23,068 nt of DNA from Candidatus Nanohaloarchaea archaeon. Lineage in GTDB: Archaea; Nanohalarchaeota; Nanosalinia; Nanosalinales; Nanosalinaceae. The notes under the pieces were generated by a model. That model was not told the DNA's origin. It saw only the letters and a program-made list of their open reading frames with translations, and ran no database searches. Positions 6,875-16,213 of this stretch are shown here, piece after piece (the first letter of the stretch is position 1; the number at the start of each line of letters is the position of its first letter). Both the position numbers and the translations under genes were made by a program. Where the stretch lies: positions 1 to 23,068 of the forward strand of contig JBEQAY010000008.1 in assembly GCA_041640075.1 (NCBI GenBank), read 5' to 3'.

Positions 6875-7225
6875 TTATTTTCCCAGGGCTTTCTGGGTGG
6901 TTTTCAGGCCCAGCATTGCACATTTCATACGCATAGGTGAGATCTCTATGCCTAGCTTGTCGAGCATCCAGTCTTTATCCAGGTCTTTGACCTCGTCCAC
7001 GTTCTTTCCGTCTATTTCCTCTGAAAGTATTGATATGGCTGACGTGCAAATTGCACAGGCGTCGGTTTCGTGTTTCATGTCTGAAATTTTCCCGTCATCT
7101 ACCTGAAGATAGATGTGAGTGTCGTCGCCGCAGCTTGCGTTTTCACCCTCAGCCTCGTGCTCTGTCTCCATCTTGCCTTCATTCCTCGGCCGCTTATAAT
7201 GATCAAGTATCTCATCCCGGTACAT
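6875..7225 (-). CDS. sufU: SufU/IscU-family Fe-S scaffold or sulfur-transfer protein
   Basis: YRDEILDHYKRPRNEG, NASCGDD, ACAIC and RMKCA: the three conserved Cys plus the CGD aspartate. Confidence 0.9.
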   Translation of the reverse strand: MYRDEILDHYKRPRNEGKMETEHEAEGENASCGDDTHIYLQVDDGKISDMKHETDACAICTSAISILSEEIDGKNVDEVKDLDKDWMLDKLGIEISPMRMKCAMLGLKTTQKALGK

Positions 7226-7270
7226 TCAATTCACGAAGATTGTTTAACTCTGGTGAATGAAGTTTCAAGT

Positions 7271-8770
7271 ATGCTTCCCGAGAAATTCTCAGAGTTGTCT
7301 GTTGACAGGTTTTCTTTAACTCGGACGGAACTTGCTGTAGCTGTTTCGGGCATCGTAAGCATGGGACTGGAGATCGTAGCTGGAAGGGTTCTGGCCCCCC
7401 GTTTCGGATCCACGATATACACATGGGGAACGATAATAGGAATTTCAATGCTAGCTCTCAGTCTGGGATACCTTCACGGTGGTAGAACTTCTGAGAAAGC
7501 TTCTTTCAGGGATCTCGAGAAGTTTCTGGTCTATACTTCTGGTTATATTATTTTCATAATGATTTTTGGTGATACTCTATTGACTGCAGCTTCAGGTATG
7601 CCCGTACCACCTAGATTTGGCTCGGTTCTGCCTGTAGCGGTTCTTTTTGGACCCCCAACGTATTTTCTGGGTTATGTGAGCCCGTATGCAGCACAGCTTT
7701 CGGCAAAGTCCACGAAGGGAGAGGCCTCTGGGCATTTCTACGCTGTTGGTACAGCAGGGAGTATACTCGGAGCTTTTGGGACTACTTTTCTGCTGGTACC
7801 GAGTATGTCCGTTAACAGTATTTACCTGCTTTTTGCGGTGCTTTCAGTAATTCCTCTTGTTTCTAGGGGACTTCAGACTCGGAGTTTATTTCCTTTGATT
7901 GTTCTAGTTGTCGGTGTAGTCGCTTTACAGGCTCCGACGCAGGCTGGCAATGTTGTTCACAGTGAAAGCACTGTTTACCAAGAGCTCGAGGTCAGGGATG
8001 ATTCAGGTGTCCGGACGCTTTATCTTGACGGTCAGCCACAGAGCGCTATCTATCTGAACGGCTCAGGTTATCCCTGGGGTTACCTGGATTACTTTCACAT
8101 TCCTTTAGTTATGCAAGAGGATACTGAGGACGTACTGTTCATCGGAGGTGGAGGTTTTGTCGCACCGCAGGAGTTCGCTGACATGGGATATGACGTTGAT
8201 GCGGTTGAACTTGATCCTGGTGTTGTCAGCGCTGCGCAGGACTATTTTAACCTTTCTGAAGGCGATAACCTAAGTGTTTACACCCGTGACGGCCGAGATT
8301 TCCTGCAGGAAGTCAACAAAACATATGATGTGATCTATGTGGATGCTTACAGGAAGAGCCAGGTACCTTTCCATCTCACTACACAGGAGTTCATGGAGCT
8401 TGCACGGAGCAAGACGGGTGAAAACGGCATTGTCATGTCGAATATTATCTCAACGTCTTCAGGACCAGGATCAAAGTTTGCAAAGGCGCAGTACAAGACT
8501 ATGAGCTCTGTGTTTGAGTCAACATACTTTTTCCCTACCAGGGATACAAGCCTTGCCCAGAATATAGAATTAATAGCATCTAAGCAACCTAGAATCGCAG
8601 AAAAAGATCTTGTGGAGAGCGTATCCGAATACGGACGGAAAGATCTTAGAGATGAGGTTTCAAGTCTCCAGGATTTCGACACCGGTGATGCAGAAGTGCT
8701 GACTGATGACTATGCACCTGTTGAAGAGCTTCTTAATCCTCTTGTAGGTACTGACTACGTTGTCAACTGA
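7271..8770 (+). CDS. Fused membrane (MFS-like)/spermidine-synthase-like SAM-fold protein
   Basis: N-terminal TM bundle (SGIVSMGLEIVAGRVLAPRFGSTIYTW, YAVGTAGSILG) and C-terminal VLFIGGGGF, VELDP, DGRDFL, YDVIYVDAY, PFHLTTQEF, LTDDYAPVE. Start reassigned to ATG 7271 to avoid overlap with sufU. Confidence 0.88.
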   Translation: MLPEKFSELSVDRFSLTRTELAVAVSGIVSMGLEIVAGRVLAPRFGSTIYTWGTIIGISMLALSLGYLHGGRTSEKASFRDLEKFLVYTSGYIIFIMIFGDTLLTAASGMPVPPRFGSVLPVAVLFGPPTYFLGYVSPYAAQLSAKSTKGEASGHFYAVGTAGSILGAFGTTFLLVPSMSVNSIYLLFAVLSVIPLVSRGLQTRSLFPLIVLVVGVVALQAPTQAGNVVHSESTVYQELEVRDDSGVRTLYLDGQPQSAIYLNGSGYPWGYLDYFHIPLVMQEDTEDVLFIGGGGFVAPQEFADMGYDVDAVELDPGVVSAAQDYFNLSEGDNLSVYTRDGRDFLQEVNKTYDVIYVDAYRKSQVPFHLTTQEFMELARSKTGENGIVMSNIISTSSGPGSKFAKAQYKTMSSVFESTYFFPTRDTSLAQNIELIASKQPRIAEKDLVESVSEYGRKDLRDEVSSLQDFDTGDAEVLTDDYAPVEELLNPLVGTDYVVN

Positions 8771-9941
8771 ATATTTCCCGGGCTTCTTCCACTGCCTCCA
8801 GGAATTTTTCTACATCTTCTTCAGTATTGTAGAGGTAAGGACTTGCCCGAGTTGTACCGTTCATGTCAAGTTCCTCCATCTGCGGCTGTGCGCAGTGGTG
8901 GCCAGCTCTTACAGCGACTTCGTGCTGGTTCAAAACCTCTGCGATATCATGCGGGTGCGCCCAGTCGGCCGTGAAGGAGACAAGGTTTGCTTCTTCAGGT
9001 GAAAGAACTTTTACACCTTTGATGTCTTGCAGTCCGCTGATCATCTGATCCACGAGTTTCCTGCTATGTTCAGAGATTTCGTTCAAGCCCTTTTCTTCAA
9101 GGTATTCTGCTGCAGCTGCAAGACCGACAGCTCCCGCAATATTAGGCGTGCCCGCTTCAAACTTTTCTGGAGCCTCGGTGTAGTTTACCTCTTCACGACT
9201 CACAGAATCCACCATCCCGCCACCTATCTGGTAAGGCGGCATTTCCTCCAGCAGTTCCTTCCGCCCGTAAAGTACCCCTGTACCTGTAGGACCTAGCATC
9301 TTGTGGCCTGAAAGACAGAGAAAGTCAACACCAAGCTCTTCAACATCCAGAGGTATGTGAGGTGCACTCTGCGCTGCATCAAGTACAACAAGAGCACCGT
9401 TTTCATGAGCTATCTCAGTAATCTCCTTTACAGGGTTGACTGCCCCAAAAACGTTCGAAATATGGGAAATTGCAACTAAACCTGTTTCCTCAGTGATCTT
9501 CTCTTCCGCGGAATCCACTGAAATCTTCCCGTCCTCGGTTTCCATGTAATGGATGTTTTTACCATCTTCATCAGCTCTACGCCTCCAGGGTAGCTGTTCT
9601 GAGTGATGTGCCATCTCTGAAAGCACTATGTTTCCTTCAAACTCAACTTTTTCGGCCAGAAGGTTCTCTGCCTCAGTAGTATTCCGTACAAAAACTATTT
9701 CGCTTTTTTCCGCGCCCAGGAAATCAGCCAGTTTTTGCCTTGATCTGCTGTACTCCTGTGTGGCCTCTGCTGCCAGGTCGTACAACCCTCTACCTTCATT
9801 TGAATTATTCTTGCTGTAGAAACTCTGAACTGCATCTATCACTTTTTCAGGTTTCTGACTGGTTGCGGCGTTGTCTAGGTACGCTAGGTCCGGCCTTTCT
9901 TGGAATATGGGGAAATCTCTCCTGATTTTTTTTGGATTCAT
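8763..9941 (-). CDS. sufS: Cysteine desulfurase SufS (group II, PLP-dependent)
   Basis: YLDNAATSQKP, SGHKMLGPTG (PLP lysine), FEAGTPNIAG and RAGHHCAQP (group II catalytic Cys). Confidence 0.95.
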   Translation of the reverse strand: MNPKKIRRDFPIFQERPDLAYLDNAATSQKPEKVIDAVQSFYSKNNSNEGRGLYDLAAEATQEYSRSRQKLADFLGAEKSEIVFVRNTTEAENLLAEKVEFEGNIVLSEMAHHSEQLPWRRRADEDGKNIHYMETEDGKISVDSAEEKITEETGLVAISHISNVFGAVNPVKEITEIAHENGALVVLDAAQSAPHIPLDVEELGVDFLCLSGHKMLGPTGTGVLYGRKELLEEMPPYQIGGGMVDSVSREEVNYTEAPEKFEAGTPNIAGAVGLAAAAEYLEEKGLNEISEHSRKLVDQMISGLQDIKGVKVLSPEEANLVSFTADWAHPHDIAEVLNQHEVAVRAGHHCAQPQMEELDMNGTTRASPYLYNTEEDVEKFLEAVEEAREIFS

Positions 9942-10023
9942 AATCTGGTTTTCGGGTTCAGAATCTTAACAAGTTAATGAAAGAAAAAATATGAGTGGGA
10001 AACGGATTCAGTGTTCCCCGTTC

Positions 10024-11286
10024 TTACTCTTCAGTTTGATTTTCCTCTTCAGAGCTGAAAACGTTCTTGATCTTGTTTCTGAAGAGTACAAACAGTAGAG
10101 CTACAACTGCTAGTACTGCGATCAGTGGGAGTGGTAGTCCGTCGTCTTCTGTTTCTCCTGAACTTACTGAGGTCTCCACTGTTTCATCTTCGACGAAGAC
10201 CTCTGTGTCTTTGACTCCTCTGACCTCGAAATCGATGAGGTAGTCCTTGATCTCTGCATCAGAGTCTGTTTCAACGTTGAAAACTGTTTCTCCGGTTTCT
10301 CCTGCTTCAAGCGTTCCTATGTACTGGCTTGAGGAGTCATAGGTGAATGGTTGATCTGATGAATCCATGACTCTGATCCTAGTTGATGCGCTCTCAACAT
10401 CTCCAGAGTTCACTACTTCAAGTCTTATCTTTCCTGTCGAACCGGTTCTCAAGTCACCTTCAACTTTATTCACTTGGAACTGAGGTTTGCCTTCTATACT
10501 TAGCTGGAAACTATCAGTCTGTTCTATTACTCCTGTAGAGTCATCAGCGGAGTAAGTTGTGACTGTTTCGAATGTTGTCATACCTGAGGGCGTTGATTCG
10601 TTGAGATCCAGTGTGAAACTTGCTGTCTTTCTTTCTCCTGGAGCAACGTTACCAAGTGCTTTTCTGGTTGAGAAGCTTGAGGTTTTTTCGAAAAACTCTG
10701 GTGTTTTCAAGTTCAATACAACGTTTTCTGCCGTTTTTTCGCCGTTATTGACTATATCTATATTGATTTGATTGTTGTCTGTGTCCGGCATCAATGTGCC
10801 TGGCTCTGTCTGCAGGTTTGCGATGTTCAACTCTATATCCTGGCTCTGTACCTCTACAGGGATCTCTAAAGTCCTTTTCATGTTATCTGTGACTACTCTT
10901 GCCCTGAACGTGTTGCTTCCATCTGGAGCATCTTCTGCAACTAAAACTTCTGTAGGTATCTGATACTCCTGTCCCTGAACCATTTCACCGAACTCAAAGC
11001 TTCTCTGTCTATCAGGTTTAATCTCGAAAGGATAATTATCCAAGAGAGTTACCTCGACATTTTGAGCTGAACTGCTTCCCTTGTTTCTTATCTGAAGACG
11101 TAAATCACCTTGTTCACCTGACTGCAAAGGATAAGGATCAGTATTAACTACTGACATAGTTAGTGTGGAACTACTGAGTCTCTCTGCTTGAGATGCTGTT
11201 GTTGCTTGTTGCTGTTGTTGTGCTGTTACTCCCCCTATGATGAAGAGGATTAGTGCGATGCTTGCCGTAAGTTTGTGTTTGTTCAT
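10024..11286 (-). CDS. COG1361 S-layer-family/Ig-like repeat protein with signal peptide and C-terminal TM anchor
   Basis: Signal peptide, three repeats of the NxGxxxAxN...GxxxxGE type, C-terminal LPLIAVLAVVALLFVLFRNK. SD-like AGGTGA upstream. Follows the RND pair. Confidence 0.8.
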   Translation of the reverse strand: MNKHKLTASIALILFIIGGVTAQQQQQATTASQAERLSSSTLTMSVVNTDPYPLQSGEQGDLRLQIRNKGSSSAQNVEVTLLDNYPFEIKPDRQRSFEFGEMVQGQEYQIPTEVLVAEDAPDGSNTFRARVVTDNMKRTLEIPVEVQSQDIELNIANLQTEPGTLMPDTDNNQINIDIVNNGEKTAENVVLNLKTPEFFEKTSSFSTRKALGNVAPGERKTASFTLDLNESTPSGMTTFETVTTYSADDSTGVIEQTDSFQLSIEGKPQFQVNKVEGDLRTGSTGKIRLEVVNSGDVESASTRIRVMDSSDQPFTYDSSSQYIGTLEAGETGETVFNVETDSDAEIKDYLIDFEVRGVKDTEVFVEDETVETSVSSGETEDDGLPLPLIAVLAVVALLFVLFRNKIKNVFSSEEENQTEE

Positions 11287-11292
11287 TTGTGT

Positions 11293-12438
11293 TCACCTTA
11301 GTATTTTTTTGTAGAGATTGTCCGAAATGTATTTGTCGAGGTACTTGTCATATACGACAAGTATTACCGGTATTAGTGTGAGTGCCCCGATGTATGCGAA
11401 CAATGTTGTCAATGTCAGCAATGTTCCTAGATCGGACAGGAATGTGATTCTCCCGAATGAGAGTGCTGTGAATCCGATTATTGAGGCGATCAAGGCGATA
11501 GTCATAGGCTTTAGGACGCCTGATATCATCTCTGAAAGTGCTTTCTGAACTCCGAACTTTTCTCTTTCGTCTTTGTAGCGGGAGACTGTCTGTATTCCGA
11601 AGTCTATCGCGATTCCCATACCCATTGAAATGGATCCAGAGGTCGCAGGACTCAAATTAAGCCCTAGCCAACCGAAAACCCCAATACCCGTAAGTATACC
11701 AAAGATAAGTGCTGAGAGAGACGTTAAACCGTATGTTATGGATCTGAAAAGGAATATTACCACTACAAACACTCCTATTATTGATAGAAGTGATGTCTGT
11801 CCCTGTGTGCTCTGGCTTTCATTCTGGAAGGCCTGATTAATGAATGGTTGTCCTGTGTATCCTGTTTCGATCCCTGCTGGTTGGTCGTTTCTCTCGACTG
11901 AGGTTCTTATGCGACTGGCTAATTCGTTCGCTTCGTCTGAGCTCAGGTCCGTAGATGAGACTCTCATTATTGTAAAGCTGTAGTCCTCTGAGATGTAGTT
12001 TGAGGACTGTCCTGATTCCTGTAACTGTTTTGAGGCTTCTCTCTTGGTTGAAGGATCGTCAACTAGGTCAGCGGCCGAGTTTACAGAGACGACTTCTTTC
12101 ATTGATTCGATGTCGTTGGAAACCCTTTCTATATAGTTCAGTAGTTTTGGATCTCTGACGTCTCTGATTTCATTTGAGTCCGGATAATTGGGTGCGGTTT
12201 CAAACATAACTGTGTATGTTGATCCTCCGCCACCCTGACCGAACTCAGCGCCGATAATATCGAATGCCTCAACCGATTCAACAGTATCAGGCAAAAAGTC
12301 CTCATTATTTTGACTGACGTTCTCTATATTTGTTGCTCCGATAGCGATCACTAAAGCTGAAACCAACAAAAGCGTTAAAACTGCAAAAGGATGTCTTGAT
12401 ATCTGTTTCGAGTAAAGGTCTACAGTTTGGTCTATCAT
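11293..12438 (-). CDS. RND/MMPL-family transporter, half-size subunit 2
   Basis: One TM, a large extracellular loop, then five TMs. GMGIAIDFGIQ and DVRDP motifs. Start at ATG 12438, which overlaps the upstream TGA (ATGA) and follows SD GAGGTGG. Confidence 0.85.
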   Translation of the reverse strand: MIDQTVDLYSKQISRHPFAVLTLLLVSALVIAIGATNIENVSQNNEDFLPDTVESVEAFDIIGAEFGQGGGGSTYTVMFETAPNYPDSNEIRDVRDPKLLNYIERVSNDIESMKEVVSVNSAADLVDDPSTKREASKQLQESGQSSNYISEDYSFTIMRVSSTDLSSDEANELASRIRTSVERNDQPAGIETGYTGQPFINQAFQNESQSTQGQTSLLSIIGVFVVVIFLFRSITYGLTSLSALIFGILTGIGVFGWLGLNLSPATSGSISMGMGIAIDFGIQTVSRYKDEREKFGVQKALSEMISGVLKPMTIALIASIIGFTALSFGRITFLSDLGTLLTLTTLFAYIGALTLIPVILVVYDKYLDKYISDNLYKKILR

Positions 12439-13535
12439 TGGTTCCACCTCTCGTACTCAAGTATCAATGAAGGGGTTAAGACCAATGCGGAGGTTAGTGT
12501 GAGGATTATACCTATTGAAAGGGTTAGTCCGAGATCTCTGATGAATGAAATTGATGCGATCAGCAGTGCGGAGAATCCTACTACTGTTGTCATTGATGAT
12601 CCGAGTATTGCAAGTCCTGTAGTTGGAACTGCTTCCGTTAGTCCATCTTCAATGCTTCCTTGACGTTCTTTCTCCTCTAGTATTCTTTCAGTTATGAATG
12701 ATCCGTACTCTACACCAAGTCCAAGGATCATAGCGCCTAAAGCAATAGTCGCGATGGTCAAAGGTATCTGGGCAATACCCATTGTTCCCAGAGTCCAGAT
12801 AAGACCTATAAATAAGGGTAGGAATGTTATTGGTCCATAAACTCTTCCACGCGTGGCAGTTAATAATCCTAATATGAGAAGAGAAGCTGCGCTTATCGTT
12901 GTAACCGAATCCTCAACTAAGATATCACCAATATCTGTCCTGATGACGGGATTACCAGTTATCGTAATATCGATGCCAGGCTGCTTAGGGGTCTGATCTA
13001 GATTCTCCCGAATCTTCTGATTGGCTTCCCTGATATTCTCCTCATTCATCTCTTCTTCCAAGGTCACAAACATCTGTGTGGCTGTATAATCTCTGTTAAA
13101 TAATTGGCTTCCCTGACCTGTCCTTTCAACAACCTGTTTGACCTCAGCCTTTGATTCGGGTACTTCCTGGAATAGTGAAGCAGTTGATCTTACTTCTCCA
13201 ACTATCGCTTCTTGCTGAAGTTCTTCCGTCAAAGCCATCTGGGTCCTTACAAGTCTTGGATCTCTAACATCTGTCACAAAACTTTCTTCCTGCTCTTCTT
13301 CATTTGTTTGAAATAGAATGATTATAGAACTGGATGAGCGGAACTCTGACTCGACTTTGTCCTGAGTCTGTATAGGTGGCAAATCATCAGGAAGACTTGA
13401 CTGGAAATCTGTTTCCAACTGGATGTCTGGCAAGCCTGTAGCTAGTAAAACTGTCAGCAGAAGGCCTGCAGCTATGATTAACTTGGAATGGTCTATCTGC
13501 AGTTCCGCAAGTTTTTGGAGAGGATTACTTTTCAC
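12435..13535 (-). CDS. RND/MMPL-family transporter, half-size subunit 1
   Basis: Same topology. GLGVEYG, DVRDP and TTVVGFSAL motifs. Probable start GTG 13535, 23 bp from TATA-like CTTAAG; the track start 13574 lies inside the TetR operator. Confidence 0.85.
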   Translation of the reverse strand: MKSNPLQKLAELQIDHSKLIIAAGLLLTVLLATGLPDIQLETDFQSSLPDDLPPIQTQDKVESEFRSSSSIIILFQTNEEEQEESFVTDVRDPRLVRTQMALTEELQQEAIVGEVRSTASLFQEVPESKAEVKQVVERTGQGSQLFNRDYTATQMFVTLEEEMNEENIREANQKIRENLDQTPKQPGIDITITGNPVIRTDIGDILVEDSVTTISAASLLILGLLTATRGRVYGPITFLPLFIGLIWTLGTMGIAQIPLTIATIALGAMILGLGVEYGSFITERILEEKERQGSIEDGLTEAVPTTGLAILGSSMTTVVGFSALLIASISFIRDLGLTLSIGIILTLTSALVLTPSLILEYERWNQ

Positions 13536-13565
13536 ATGAGTTCTGTAGAAGGCAATCCTTAAGAA

Positions 13566-13583
13566 ACTGAACAATCGTTCAGT
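13566..13583. promoter_or_regulatory. Putative TetR operator
   Basis: Perfect inverted repeat ACTGAAC-AATC-GTTCAGT between TATA-like CTTAAG (13558-13563) and the tetR ATG (13588). Confidence 0.75.
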
Positions 13584-13587
13584 AATT

Positions 13588-14163
13588 ATGGGCGATAATT
13601 CCCGAGAGAAAATAATGGAGGCAACCTATCAGGCACTATGTAAACACGGGTACGCTGAACTTTCAATACAGAAGATTGCCGATGAATTCGAGAAGGGAAA
13701 GTCTCTCATATACTACCATTTCGACGATAAAGAAGACCTCATGCTTTCATTTCTGGATCACATGAAGCAGCAGATCAAAAAAGATCAGGAAAGCATAAAA
13801 CAGAAAGACCCTGACGAACGCATTGACAGGATACTGGACATGTCTCTAGGTATAGAAAGTGAGGAAAAATGGCAGTTCCAGAAAGCTTTTCAGGAGTTCC
13901 GAGCGCAGGCATACCACAACAAAGAGTTCAGAAAGAAGCTTCAGGAAATAGATGAGATGATACTGGAGGATATGTCCGATATCATGGAGGATGCAGGAGC
14001 TGAAGATCCTGAAACGGCAGCTGAAATGCTTTTATCATTACTTGAAGGAGCCATAAGTAGAAAGGTGTCAACAGAGGATAGGGAAGGACTTGAACAGCTT
14101 AAACGCGATATAAAAGAGGTCATGTCTGCATTTTTGAACGGTAAGTGTCCTCAGAGAGTTTAG
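13588..14163 (+). CDS. TetR/AcrR-family transcriptional regulator
   Basis: REKIMEATYQALCKHGYAELSIQKIADEFEKGKSLIYYHFDDKEDL is a TetR N-terminal HTH. Confidence 0.93.
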   Translation: MGDNSREKIMEATYQALCKHGYAELSIQKIADEFEKGKSLIYYHFDDKEDLMLSFLDHMKQQIKKDQESIKQKDPDERIDRILDMSLGIESEEKWQFQKAFQEFRAQAYHNKEFRKKLQEIDEMILEDMSDIMEDAGAEDPETAAEMLLSLLEGAISRKVSTEDREGLEQLKRDIKEVMSAFLNGKCPQRV

Positions 14164-14179
14164 AGTTAGAAGAATCATC

Positions 14180-15721
14180 TTATTTTGTTTCTGTGGTAAA
14201 AATTCTGTCAGGTATCGCGGATTCTAGTTTCTCCGTGATTGTTTCTCCGAACTCACTTGTCTCCTCAGCTACCTCTCCCTTGACCATATCGTCTTCTGTA
14301 ACTGTCTGCTTCCATGTGCCTTTCTGGAACCAGGCGTAAGCCATCAATGCGCCGAGGATGTTGGAGATGAAGAAGGCTGCCCATACTCCTTTCGTTCCGA
14401 TCTCTATAGCGCCGAAGTAGGCTATTGGAAGTCTGATCAGGCCGAGTGTTGCGATGGAGATTACTGCTGCTGTCAATGTCTTTCCTGCTCCCCGGAAAGA
14501 TCCGTTGTAGCTTCTGAGGACGCCTATGAATCCGAAGCTGAACGCTACGTATCTCAGGAAGTCTGCTCCGGTCTGTGCGATTAATTCGCTGTTTTCCTGT
14601 CCGCTGCTTATGAATACACTGGCGATCTGGTCTGCGAAAATGAATGTGATAACACCTAGTACGGTTAGTATCATGAAGCTGTATTTTGCTCCTGTTCTTG
14701 CTGTTTCTCCAGCTCTGTCGTAGTTTCCTGCACCAAGGTTCTGTCCGGTCATTGATTCTACGCCTCTTCCTACGGCTGCTGCCGGGAGGAATATCATGGA
14801 GAATATTCTGATGCCGATTCCGAATCCTGCTACGATGGGGCTGGCGAACGTCCATCCGACTACTGCGGTTAAGGCGTTTACTGAGACTGATCTTCCGGCG
14901 CCTTCAAGTGATGCTGGTACTCCGATACTCATCATCTTCTTGAAGAAATCTAGATCCGGTTTCATGCTTGAGAGCTTTATTTTCAGGCCTCTGCTTCCTG
15001 TGAAGAGTATTCCGATTCCTATCGCGAGTGCCAGGGTTCTGGAGAGGATTGTTGCGATCGCTGCTCCTTCTACACCCATCTCTGGGAGTATCCACCATCC
15101 GAAGATGAAGAACGGGTCGATTATGATGTTCAGGATGACTGTTCCGAGCATCAGCAGCATAGGTGTGACTGTGTCCCCGAATCCGCGCATCAGTGACTGG
15201 AAGACCAGGAAGCCGAACATCGAGAACAGTCCGATTGATATGATCTGGAGGTATCCTGATGCTGATGTGGCGACGTTGCCTGAGGCGCCGAGTAGGCCGA
15301 CTATGTCTCCTATGAAAAAGTATCCGAAAAGTCCAAGTAAAATTGATGCAAGTGCGCTGAAGGCGATGGTCTGGGATGCTGCGTAGTCTCTCCTTTCAGT
15401 TTTGCCTGAGCCCTCGAACTGTGCCACTAAGACGCTTCCTGCGACGGCTAATCCCATTCCCAGCGAGATCAGGAAAAATACAAGCGGGAAGGCAAAAGTT
15501 ATTGCTGCCAGTGCATCTCCGGAGTACTGGCCGAGCCAGAAGGTATCAGCCAGGTTGTACGCTGTGTGAAGGAGGTTGATCACGATCACAGGCAGTGAAA
15601 GATAGAACAGGTTTTTCGTTACCGGACCGTTCAAGAGGTCAAGTTCCTCCTTCGACTTGAACTGTCCCTTCAGCCAGTTACTGGTACCTGAAATCCTGTC
15701 TCTGATTTTAGATAGAACCAT
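14180..15721 (-). CDS. MATE-family efflux transporter
   Basis: LPVIVINLLHTAYNLADTFWLG, VAQFEG, RGFGDTVTP, NIIIDPFFIFG..GVEGAAIAT, GQNLGAG and RGAGKT; about 12 TMs in two repeats. Confidence 0.93.
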   Translation of the reverse strand: MVLSKIRDRISGTSNWLKGQFKSKEELDLLNGPVTKNLFYLSLPVIVINLLHTAYNLADTFWLGQYSGDALAAITFAFPLVFFLISLGMGLAVAGSVLVAQFEGSGKTERRDYAASQTIAFSALASILLGLFGYFFIGDIVGLLGASGNVATSASGYLQIISIGLFSMFGFLVFQSLMRGFGDTVTPMLLMLGTVILNIIIDPFFIFGWWILPEMGVEGAAIATILSRTLALAIGIGILFTGSRGLKIKLSSMKPDLDFFKKMMSIGVPASLEGAGRSVSVNALTAVVGWTFASPIVAGFGIGIRIFSMIFLPAAAVGRGVESMTGQNLGAGNYDRAGETARTGAKYSFMILTVLGVITFIFADQIASVFISSGQENSELIAQTGADFLRYVAFSFGFIGVLRSYNGSFRGAGKTLTAAVISIATLGLIRLPIAYFGAIEIGTKGVWAAFFISNILGALMAYAWFQKGTWKQTVTEDDMVKGEVAEETSEFGETITEKLESAIPDRIFTTETK

Positions 15722-15757
15722 GAAACAAAATTTCTGCTAAAAACTTAAAAGATGTAT

Positions 15758-15779
15758 CGAATCGAAATGTTTCGATTCG
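15758..15779. promoter_or_regulatory. Putative PadR operator between divergent MATE and padR
   Basis: Perfect 10-bp-arm palindrome CGAATCGAAA-TG-TTTCGATTCG. Confidence 0.75.
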
Positions 15780-15814
15780 TAACCGACAAAAAGATTGACT
15801 GACTACAAAGGTTT

Positions 15815-16204
15815 ATGGGTAAGAAGATTCCGGGAAAAGTCCTGAGATTCATGGTGCTGGAGGCTTGTGAGGAAGGCCCTACCTACGGCTACGAGATAGT
15901 CTCGCGCATCGAGGATATCACCGAAGGGAACTGGAGTCCCAGCTACGGAACAATCTACCCATTGATCCAGAGACTGGAAGAGGACGGTCTTGTAAAGTCT
16001 CTTTCCGATGAAGAGGCTGAGAAAAAAGACCTTGAGACAGGTGACCGGAAATACTTCACGATAACAGACAAAGGCAGGAAAAAACTGGAGGAAGCCTCAA
16101 GAGAGAAGAAAGAAAAATTCGAGGACTTGATCAAAGGTTACCTGAAAGTTTACGAGCACGTACACGGCCAGAGCGATCTGGAAGAATTTCTGGGTGATTT
16201 CTGA
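15815..16204 (+). CDS. PadR-family transcriptional regulator (short subfamily)
   Basis: GPTYGYEI, SPSYGTIYPLIQRLEEDGLV and RKYFTITDKG. Confidence 0.93.
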   Translation: MGKKIPGKVLRFMVLEACEEGPTYGYEIVSRIEDITEGNWSPSYGTIYPLIQRLEEDGLVKSLSDEEAEKKDLETGDRKYFTITDKGRKKLEEASREKKEKFEDLIKGYLKVYEHVHGQSDLEEFLGDF

Positions 16205-16213
16205 AATTTTTTA

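Noticed and set aside
9966..9977. TTAAC-AA-GTTAA palindrome upstream of sufS as a third suf operator
   Set aside because: It has short AT-rich arms, overlaps the TATA-like element and does not match TTAGG-N4-CCTAA.
11206..11220. Poly-Gln (CAA/CAG) tract in the COG1361 gene as a phase-variable repeat
   Set aside because: Only five mixed codons, in frame, in a linker after the signal peptide.
14265..15386. Two 196-aa ORFs overlapping the MATE gene
   Set aside because: Alternative-frame and antisense shadows of a codon-biased membrane gene, with no promoter or motif support.
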